DNA of 64,000 bases from Amoeboaphelidium protococcarum X5 (lineage: Eukaryota > Fungi > Aphelidiomycota): assembly GCA_023515725.1 (NCBI GenBank), contig JALDTO010000237.1:124001-188000 (forward strand), in the 5' to 3' direction. The notes under the pieces were generated by a model. It worked only from the letters and a program-made list of their open reading frames with translations. It searched no databases and was not told where the DNA came from. A program made the position numbers and the translations under genes. The number at the start of each line of letters is the position of its first letter. The first letter of the stretch is position 1. This document shows positions 53,335-64,000 of the stretch, piece after piece.

Positions 53335-55659
53335 TCATTAACGATAGAGTGAGTCACTGACTTTGATCACATCGCGCATCTCTTTGACATCGTGAACGCG
53401 AAGAATGTCTGCTCCATTCATGATTGCTACGGTGCATGTAGCTGATGTGCCCCATAAACGCTCTTGTGCTCCCTCTTTGCCTGTGATGGCACTTATAAAT
53501 CTCTTCCTAGATGATCCGACGAGCATGGGAAACTTAATCAAACTTTAAATAGCAGTATCAGCCGAATGCTAATCAGAAGACAGGCATTTACGCAGACTTT
53601 TTAAATGCTTCATCAACTCCAAATTTTACGAGGCATCTTTAGCAAATCCAACACCAGGATCTATGATAATATTCCAACGGTAAACTCCGTTATTCGTTGC
53701 AGCATTGACGCTCTGAAGTAATTCAACTGCGACACCACGGACGACAGCCGGTAGATCACTTTCATTACTTTTGTATTGAGAGTAATCAGTCAACTGCATC
53801 ATAGTTTTAGGCGTGCCTCTTGAGTGCATCAACACATACGGAACTTGGAGCTTTGAAACAACACTCAGCATATCCTTATCCCCATTGCCACCGGTAACAT
53901 CATTTACAATATCAGCGCCGCATTTCACAGCACATTATGCAACAACCGATTTAAAAGTGTCCACTGAAATCAGAATCTTACCGCCAAACTCTTACTTGAT
54001 CAACTAGATAACGGGAATCACACGCCGTAACTCTTCTTCTGTAGAAACTTCATCAGCACCAGGGCGTGTAGAATAGCCACCAACATCAACTATATCACAG
54101 TCATTGTTAATCATCGCCTGCACCGCTTCCTTCAAATGTTCTCGAAACATGCCACTTAATGACTCCACCTGCAGTTACGGAGCTACTAGAATCTTTTCAA
54201 CATCCAAAGTATTTGTCGTCGACTAAGATAAGAGCTCCAAGAGAGACTGCTACCCACTCTTATCAGCTTTAGCATCATAGTGGAGTCCGCCATCTGAAAA
54301 AGAGTCTGGCGTCACATTAAGAATTCCCATCATCAAAGTCTTCTAACCAAATTTCAACAATCTTCCATCTCCTACAGGAGTGACTGGTACGACAGAACTT
54401 GGAGATTTCTTCAACAAAACATTAAGCAATTGACTGACAGATTTAAATAGCTTTGGGTGTGTCAGCTCAGGGTCGATATCACACAACGGTCTGAGTACAA
54501 ACTCTCGCTCATGCAATCTCGGATGAGGAATCTACAACTGGGGTGTATCTAACACTAGCTAGTCATATAGAATAATGTCCAAATCTATCACTCTGGGCCC
54601 GTATCTAAATGTTTCGGTTCTCCCAATCTCTAACTCAATATGCTTTAGAAAGCCAAGCAATGCCTCCGGATCCAGACTGGTCTCAACTTCACACACAGCA
54701 TTTATAAAGGAAGCCTAATCCACGACATACTACGGTGCACTTTCGTACATGAAAGATGTGGAAATCAATTTTACATTGCCATTGGCCATCAAAAGAGATA
54801 GAGCTTTATGTATATTACCAGCTCTGTCTCCAATATTAGATCCCAATGCAATGAACACCGTACTCAAAGTTTTACCATTAACATCACGAATTAGTTGAGG
54901 AGTAAAATCAGATCTCTAACGCTGTATTTCAATAACAGCAGCATCCGCAAACAAGATAGCTGAAGGCTTTTCAATGCGAACAAAGATCTCATCTACACCG
55001 CACTATAAAATACAAAGCCTTGCCACAGCGGTAGCCAGTGCCTCCACCGTCTTGAAAGAAGACTATTCAATACATTGCTACACTACGCGACTAATAGTCC
55101 TAAAGTTGTGCGCCTTGTTGACATGGCCGAGTAGAGGTCGGAATTTTAGCGAACATGCGACTCGCTACTACTGTTCACGCTCCCAGGGATTAACACCAAC
55201 CAGAGCTGAAATCTCGATTGAATTTACAAACACATAATCAGACTTCATATGATCTAAATATGTTTGCGGTGCTTCAGTCAAACCTTTCAGCCAACTTTCA
55301 TCACTTCTCAGACGCGTTATAACAACACCGGCCGATTTGGCGTGTAGAAGAGTCTTAGGCTTTTCAACGCGCACAGTCAACTTGCCTACTGATGGGAAGG
55401 AGTCGAAACACTTTACACAAATGCCAGCTGCCAGCGATTCAATGGATTTGTACGTGGACGCTTCGCTAAACTCCATCACAGTCTTGGACAGTGTCCCGTA
55501 GTTGACGGTATCGCTGAGCAGATCATGAGCGCCTGCTTCTTTTACATCAGTGTACACTGTGATAGTCAACAGAATCGGCTGCCTCTTACTTCTCTCCCAC
55601 GTGTCAACGCCGATAATATTACGCACCTACAAATTCTCTACAATTATCTTGTCTTGCAT
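53335..55659 (-). CDS. FOL1: Folic acid synthesis protein FOL1 (DHNA-DHNA-HPPK-DHPS)
   Basis: IIGVDTWER / VGVNPWER (two DHNA domains), IALGSNIG, YGPRVIDLDI and IPHPRLHER.FVLRPL (HPPK), MGILNVTPDSFSDGG, IDPGVGFAK, GSSRKRF and RVHDV (DHPS). Confidence 0.96.
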
Positions 55660-56131
55660 CTCCTTTTATTTGGTCCTGTTTACAGTTATTAAAAAACTCT
55701 TTGGTATTGATGATGATGAATAGTTCACTTAAAGAGTTTAAGCTTTGCTGCGCCGCTTCACAATTTTTCGCTCGACCGGCCATTGTCTCCCCCATACGAT
55801 ATAACATCACAGAGTCTGCTCTACTAAAGAAGATGTATTACTCTGGTGGATTATCATTAATGTCTTTCAACTCCCACTAATATTATTCTTCATTAGTTTA
55901 TTTTCCGAGATGTGCACTAAATGTTACTAAAAATAGGCTCTCTAATTTTGTAAAGCAAGATGTCTAAATAGAAACTGTTTCAAGTGCCAAGTTTCTAATT
56001 CAAGCTCTGGGTGATACTATTAATAGGATTGTGTGCACTATAAAAGGCGTTCAATAGCTATCTATATTTCTCTTCCTAACCACAATCAAATACCTAAAAG
56101 TGAAAGTAACAGTTATATTTAATCTACTAAA

Positions 56132-56806
56132 ATGCAAACTAAAATCGTCTTGTCTGTCCTGGCTACTATTGCTACTTTGAACGCGTCTGCTGTTGTTTTG
56201 AACAATGTTGGATCTGCATCTATTGGTGATCAGATGGTTCAGGCCAACGCCACTGGTGCAATCGTCGGTAATGGTGTCTACAATCCTCCAGTATCTGAAA
56301 TTAACTATGTCGCTGCCAATGGCTAGGCTGAGTTGGATTTTATGACTCCTGTTGGCCACGTTGATGCTGCTGGTGCCATCACCGGTACAGGTAAGTAGGA
56401 TGAGAGTGCCATTGGATCCGTCTCTGGTCGTGTCACTGGTCCTCATGGTGCCGGCTTTGAAGGTGCTGCTCACGGTGGTGCTGCTTATGACAAGGATGCT
56501 CACACTGTCGACACTCAAGGTTCAATCACCGGTCGCGGTACTTTTGATGGAAACTCTGTCGAAGGTTCTGCTCAAGGTAGCGGTAAGTACGCTGATGGTC
56601 ACATCTCTGGCTCTGGCTCCTACAATGGTTGCATCACTCTGAAGGATGGTGGTAGAGTTTGTGGTGTTGCTGCCAATGGTGAGAACTCTGTATCCACTAC
56701 TGATCCTGCTACCACTGAGGCTTCTACCAGCACCAATGATGCCTCTGTCATTACTTTGGGTGGATGGTCAGCTATTGCAGCTGGTGTTTTGATGCTGATG
56801 TTCTGA
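56132..56806 (+). CDS. Secreted Gly-rich protein, probably GPI-anchored
   Basis: Signal peptide MQTKIVLSVLATIATLNASA, a Gly-rich beta-strand-like core, a Thr-rich linker and a hydrophobic C-terminus. TATAAAAGG lies at about 56039. Confidence 0.75.
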
Positions 56807-56868
56807 TCGCCTTATCTGAATAACAGTAGTATTTATATAAATATGAATTGAGTTGATAATAGACTAAA

Positions 56869-58011
56869 TCAATAGAATGATGTTGATTATATTTACACAG
56901 TTAAAATTTCCTCCTTATTATCACAATGCGGACAGATGTCATAATTGATGTCTTGTTAGAGATCCGCGGTTGACGTTGCCTGATTGCAATACTCGATATC
57001 CTGGCGTACTGAGGATAGACGAAGCACTTCCTATTCCAGAAGCCTTATATTCTCTTTCCAAGCATCTCGCTCCTCTGCCAAATGTCTAACATATTCCTAA
57101 TGTCTGACTGACACTTGGCCAACATCATCATGATCATCCTCACCGTCACTGCCTACATCATTACCAGAAAAAGGCACGCTATCAACCAGATATAGCCCCT
57201 TCTGACGCTTCAACTACTCAATCTGATTAAGCGACTCATTATAAAGATCTAAAAGCTTCCTGTACTCCTTGTCGCCATCTCCATGGCACGATGAGTTAAA
57301 CTTGAGTATCTTCTTGAACTTTTCATTAATCTCAATCTGGCTGTCCAGCTATTGTTGCAAGCCGCGAATTCTGTCATAATCTCCATTCGCAGGATTTATG
57401 GCCAAAGATGCATCCTGCTGTGATTAAATCTACTTTACATAAGCTCTGAGTCTGGCGTTACTTTACTCAGAGTCTTGCAATTGATTCTGAAGCGATGTAA
57501 TACTCTCTTGCAATGAGCTGATTTGCCTCTACTGCAAATTATCCCGTTCACGATGTTCTTTTTACAATGCAGATATAGACTGAAGTAGATTCTTGTTAAT
57601 TGCCTGCTCCTTCACTATGCTCGCCTCCACCGCCAGAGTAATCTTGTCAAAATTCACCAGTTCAGTCTTGGTTTGTGTCGATCCATCGACATGGTTCCCA
57701 CTATCAGTAGATTACTACGCCTGAGCTGAGTACTGATTCAGTTCCATCACCAAGTTCTTTATGAGCGATTACTTATCCTCAGTGCCATCCACTTTAAGAA
57801 GCTCTAGAGACACCATTAGCTATTACACTTCAGAATCCATTTGAGCCAGCTGACATTCATGCTACCGCTCCAAACGATTCAACTAAGCAGCCAGTTGATA
57901 ATTCTTAATCAGCAGCTGATCATTCTTCTTATTCGCTTCGTGGCGCAATTCTTTAATAAGTTTAACCAGTAGCAAGTTTTGCTCTTACTATTATAAATGC
58001 ACAGAGTCCAT
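56869..58011 (-). CDS. Hypothetical coiled-coil protein
   Basis: About 380 codons open with TAR=Gln. Heptad and Gln-rich translation. Confidence 0.6.
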
Positions 58012-58261
58012 ATAAAAATTCACGTTCAAGCGTTGATCCGAACAGAGAAGTTGAGTGGCTGATGTGATTTTTCGGAGTTGAACTAATTTTCTCGCGCTGG
58101 TACTTTCGTATCGTTGGTGTGTCAATGCGGACGGAACAACGAATGAAACAACTTTACGCTTTTTAGACAGAACAGAAAAGAGATTAGATAAAACAATAGG
58201 CAAAATTATATTACAAGTTGGCTTCAAATAATCATACAAGCGGTCAAAGAGTAACACTCAT

Positions 58262-58780
58262 TCACTGTTCAAAGTTTAAAGCCTTGTTTTCAGAGAACGT
58301 GTAATTGTACTCCTTGAGCAAGTCCTTCACACTAGAAACCAGCTAGACATTGTTGCAGGGATCATCAATCATTGTCAGCTTATCCAACTATCTTATAGAT
58401 CTTCTGACTGGACTGATTGCGTACTCACTACCCAGTTCCGCCTACTTGTTCTTGTTCAATTTCACTGGAGTGAATGCTTTAGTTGAACCGGCCTAACTCT
58501 ACGTTTCACTCGCACTGATGGCCAATTTAGTTTTCACTTTTAAATCGTCAGATATCGGAACTTATAATGGATGCATCTCTACCGCAGAATCTTCATTTTG
58601 ACTATATTTGTCGATATCCACGATTCTATCCGACACTCTCTATATCAATTTCCATTTAGCTTCCGAAGTCAAAGTGGCAGAGTTTAAGAACTCAGGGAGC
58701 TGCTTCGATAAAAACTGAATCAAGTCGTCAGCGCTAGATAACTCGAGTATCTGCCGTTCTAATTCCTAATTCTGCTTCAT
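58262..58780 (-). CDS. Hypothetical protein (about 172 aa)
   Basis: Open ATG-to-TGA frame with TAR=Gln, containing TPVK and SPVRRS.R motifs. No family recognised. Confidence 0.5.
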
Positions 58781-59027
58781 AATGATGTTATAATAGCCCT
58801 TCGCTAGTATCTCAAATTGAGGTTAACTCAACAGACCAAGAGACAATATGAATGAAATCGGACCTTAACGGAGTGAAACGGTAAAACGCGTTAAATCGGT
58901 GGCAACTCAAGGCTCAGTGAGAAACGATACATCATCATATATGACGTTAAAAGCAATTCATCAGAACAAAAATAACAGCCTGAATAAGCAAATCATAGTT
59001 TACATGAATATAATCATTAAAATTCGT

Positions 59028-59396
59028 TCATTCAGAAGTGACTTTATCAGACTGCTACTCAGCCTTCTTTCGGTGATAAATCTCTTAAGCTCTCTACCGC
59101 AGATGCTTTGTGCGTTCCATTCTTTCCATCCACTCTTCTTTAGTCTCGTTACCCACTGGATACGGCATAGACATCAGTTCCATATCGTCAACCTCATTCA
59201 GAGCACGATTGTGCGAGCCATCTTCATTCTGTGATGCACCAACAGTAACGACGGACGAGCGAGCAGATGGGAACAGAGTGTATGGCTTCACGTACTCATT
59301 CTAGAAGAATTGCGACGATGATATGGCCATCACTCCAATAGGTAAGAACACATACACGGCAAACTTCATAATCTCTAATCCAGTTCTTTTCGTCAT
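59028..59396 (-). CDS. PET100: Cytochrome c oxidase assembly factor PET100-like
   Basis: MTKRTGLEIMKFAVYVFLPIGVM matches the Pet100 N-terminal signature, followed by a charged C-terminal helix. Confidence 0.75.
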
Positions 59397-61322
59397 TTCG
59401 TCGTTCTCTCCTCCTTCTGCTGTTTCCTCAAAGCGATTGTTATAGAGAGTTGATTGATGGTGAGAAAGAACGAACGGGAGAGAGGCAGCGACAGAATGTT
59501 GATATCAACTAGAAAAAATGTGTTTCCTTACGTTGTGAGTTTTTCTAATCACGCCTTGTTATGAATGAATGAATAACATTTCAGTTTGTAGAGATGTAAT
59601 TCAAAGAATTGTCCTTTCATAGAGGCAAAATACTACCGTCATGAAACATCTCTAATTGGACATCAATATATAAAATTGCATATTTTTAGAGCTCTCTTGG
59701 ACGCACCGCTGGTTAGACTTCTGATGCTTGTCGGCTTGATCAAGGTGGATTACCTCTATGGATAGAAGCTCTTGTATACAGTACAGTAGATGATTAATAT
59801 GTTGGATAGGCCAATATTGAAGTCCATTTACGACTTTTAGCACTTTACAATGTGTCGAGAAAATCTTTGACTGTGTAGACTAAATTCCTATAGAAAACTG
59901 AAATACTGTAGTTAAAAACTTCGTCAATTGGTTGAAGATGATGTTGTCAAGCTGGAATACTGTAACATATTTTATTACTTATTCCATTTGAGAAGTCCGC
60001 TACAATAAGAAATTGGCTACTTTGGCGACTTGTGAAGAATATGAGCAACAACAATTTGCATCTCGCTCCCAACACATTGGAATGGTCATTGCGAAAAAGG
60101 GAATTCGCAGCACCGTCCTTGCTCAGAGAATGAAAAGTTTGTATGAGGAAGGTGTTTTCTTGAAGGCCCCCTGCTCAGACTACAAAGATCCGCGCCATGA
60201 CATCAATAACTGCTGGTTGGATGGTGGTCTTGGAACTCCTCCACAGTGAATGTTTGACTTTTAGAAGTTTAGATATTATTTCCGTGTATTCTTAGTCTTA
60301 AGTCTGGTATTGATGTCAAACTTGTGGCATTGTTGAATTCTTTAGAGGGACAAAACGGGGAGCGTGACCTAACTAGAGTTATCAACTATAGAAAGCGTAG
60401 ATGTTTAGAAAAACGCATGTATTAGATGCCGAATTACCATGTTGAATATCAGAATAGAACTTTATCTTCGTCTCTGTCTCTTCTCCCACGTTTAAAAGTT
60501 GGTGATTGTCAGCATATGCTGCTCAGAAACAAGATGTTTGAGAATTGGCGTGAAGAACCTGTCCTATCGCAGCCAAATTGGATTTCAGCAATGTTGGGAT
60601 TATCGTCCTGTTGAGCGTAGATTTTACGGGACTATACTGTCGGATATGCATTCGATGATTTTTGTGCTTGATGTGATCGTCTTTGCCTACGGTTGGGTAT
60701 TTTGGTTTTTGTGAAGTTAATGCACTTCGGCAAGCAAGCACCTCTTGTGGAGTTTCGACGCGTCCTGAGTTAATACGCCACGGTGATTCTGCCAATTCCG
60801 GAAATTTTCGGTAGTTGAAGATGCAGGAAATGTGAAGATTTTGCATTGGGTGCACGACTATCAAGCCCTGAAGTTGGTAATTATAATAACTTTCAATGCT
60901 GGCCAATCTTGAATATTAGTAAGGTTTCGATGTTCACGCAGCTGCCCGTATTCATTATAGAGGACTTTGGAAGATGAGCATTTGCTAGCACCTTTGTATG
61001 AAAGGATTGTCTCGTTCTCGCAATAATCCATGATTACTTTACCACGAAGTAGTGTTTCTATAAATATTTATGACGCGTAAAGTGCTTTTACCTTATTCTT
61101 AATTCCATTAATCGTTTCATCCTTAACAGTAATCGTTGGGATTACTGTACTATGAGGGATCTTGGAATGTAGCAAAAACAGTCATTTGTCATGAGACGCT
61201 CCGTTTCTTATTGGGCAAAATCGCGCGTTTCAATTCTTCTCTTCAAGCGCTGTGTTGCTCTTCTCTAGTCCGCAGTGTTCCTTTTTAATAGCGGATTGTA
61301 ATAATACTGTAGTCTTGATAGA

Positions 61323-62675
61323 ATGTGTAGATTGCTAATATTTGCTGGAAGGTCTGATATTTTGATGGCTGATTTGCTAACAAGGCCTGCTCATAGCATC
61401 ATTAATTAAAGTTACGATAGTCGGCTGAGAGTTGATTTGCAGAGACCGCTGAACGCTGATGGTTTTGGAGTTGCATTCTACCTGTCAGAAGAGGAGCATC
61501 GCAAACTTGGTGATGAATAACATGCAAGTTAGGATGATTTAGATTATTTATTGAGGCGAACGAGGTCCAAGTCATTGAGAAGTCGTAAAGCCTCGCAAGA
61601 ATCTATCACTGTTGTTACAACTGTCCATGGTAATGGGGTCGGAGATGGTTAAAGGAAGGCGTTGGACGGTGTCGGAAACCAAGATGGTAGTTTCTTATAG
61701 TCTTAAGTAGAGTTGGAACCGCATTCTTCCCACTCGGCTAAGGTATTGGGTCATTATTCACATCCGCAGGCTCCGTGCATATTCACATCAACCGTTCCTG
61801 CGTGGAATAATACTAATTTGATTAGACTCAGCGAGAAGATTAGGACCAAGTTACTGTTTGCTCACGTGCGGGCGGCATCTTCAGACTTTAACTCGCAAGG
61901 TATCATGGCTCAACCTCCTCCTATTGTCTCTGAATCCAATTGTCATCCATGGAACTATGGGCCGATAATGTTCATGCATAATGGTTACATTAACAACTTT
62001 TAGAAATTTAAAAAAGTTCTCATCAATGATTTGTGTGATGAACTGTATCTTGGCGTTAAAGGAAATACAGATTCTGAGTATGCATTCGCACTCTATTTGT
62101 AGATTCTCTTTGATGGTGATCCAGAGGGAAATAAAGATCGCTTGAAGAAGGGTGGATTCAGTGCTGAAGAATTAGCTGATGCCATGGTGAAAACTATTGC
62201 CAGGATTAACAAGTACTGCCTGGATTATCACCGTAAAGTTCATGGTGATGATTTAAGTTCATTCGGTACATCACTGCTCAACTTTGGCCTCACAGATGGA
62301 GAGACTGTGATTGCCACACGCTATGTTAACCATCGCGAAAATGAGCCTGCCTCATTGTATTACTCTACTGGATCTGCGTTTGAGTAATGCAGTCCTGGTG
62401 TGTATAAAATGCAAAAATCTTAGATGCGAGAGAATGTGTGTATCATTTCATCAGAACCACTTACCTATGAGTGTCGGGACTGGATGTCTGTACCAGCCAA
62501 TACCATGATCATATTAGATACTCGATGGTTTAATATCAAGGTGTGTCCAATTCAAGATGAGTATTGGTCTCCAATTGCCTCTAGAAAGAGTCCGGCGTTG
62601 AAGTAGATTGAATTATCAGATCCTCAGTTATTCGATCATGCTAAGAGTCCTCTAAGTCCAGCCGTATGGGGATGA
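61323..62675 (+). CDS. DUG3: Class II glutamine amidotransferase DUG3-like
   Basis: MCRLLIF...LLTRPAHSIIN[TAA]SYDSRLR...NADGFG, PAWNNTNL, FAHVRAA, NCHPW, FMHNG, GNTDSE and SSEPLT. Confidence 0.92.
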
Positions 62676-62804
62676 ACATCTCTGTCATGTTTTAATGCTA
62701 ATTTAATTGTAACCTATCATTGCTTTAATTATAACTTTTCTATATCTCTCCTCCTTACGACTATTTTTTATCAAACCACCTCTAAATACCTTGTAAATTT
62801 TTGA

Positions 62805-63599
<795 letters not shown>

Positions 63600-63660
63600 A
63601 TAATAAAGTGTTGATAGTTAGCGAGTATAAAATTATGAATATCTAAATAACACAAAGATC

Positions 63661-64000
63661 TCATATTCTCTTGGATACCTCAATGGCAACTTTACATCCA
63701 GTTTGTATTACAGCACTAAAGACATTATAGAACGGGGTTTGTTGAGATTCATTGGCCACAGCATGATCCAGATGCTCCATCTCTTCATCGCGGAACGTGG
63801 TAAATAAAGATCTCATACTCTCCAACGCCTATCTATCTTCTATGCGAGTACTATCATCCTGTATCATACGCGTAAGATCCCGTATCTAATCATTATAATG
63901 CTTCCCAATTACAGTCTCCACAGATTCTGTGCAAAGCATCGCCGCGCGTCTGCCCATCAGAGCTGTGGAGAATCCCAATCCAAAACCGAGCACATTCCAC
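63661..64000 (-). CDS. COQ7: COQ7 (5-demethoxyubiquinone hydroxylase), 3' part; the gene continues beyond the window
   Basis: [19 protein letters not shown][TAG]IR...[10 protein letters not shown]...[12 protein letters not shown]. Confidence 0.92.

Noticed and set aside
59600-61100. Possible gene between PET100 and DUG3
   Set aside because: The + strand frames I checked contain TGA stops and I recognised no motifs. It may be a decayed gene but cannot be supported.
10450-61230. ACGCGT/CGCG motifs upstream of several genes (MCB/E2F-like)
   Set aside because: The motif is short and also occurs inside coding regions. Enrichment cannot be established by eye.

Overview
Gene-dense eukaryotic nuclear DNA with fungus-like genes, few short GT-AG introns and a reassigned genetic code. 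TAA and TAG are read as Gln and TGA is the only stop (table-6-like), so the supplied standard-code ORF track breaks almost every gene into fragments. Fungus-like content plus TAR=Gln fits the aphelid Amoeboaphelidium protococcarum or a relative (inference). Retranslation by eye gives about 27 genes, including WDR83, dynactin p150, BolA2, cyclophilin, TAF10, ATG5, Tra2-like, chitin synthase, USE1, MIC60, PEX1, RAV1, a PAS-like/eIF2-alpha kinase, STMP1, FOL1, PET100, DUG3, TGS1 and COQ7. It also gives an intron-containing tRNA-Ile(UAU), a 177-bp satellite with dimeric higher-order structure, a Tc1/mariner element with 26-bp TIRs, and a decayed RecQ helicase. The most notable feature is a Fanzor (eukaryotic TnpB-like RNA-guided nuclease) locus at 28509-30742. 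It is largely hidden by more than 20 in-frame TAR codons, retains all three RuvC catalytic residues and the zinc finger, and is followed by about 600 nt of strongly base-paired non-coding sequence (candidate omegaRNA). Coordinates and translations were made manually, and family assignments are from recalled motifs, not database searches.
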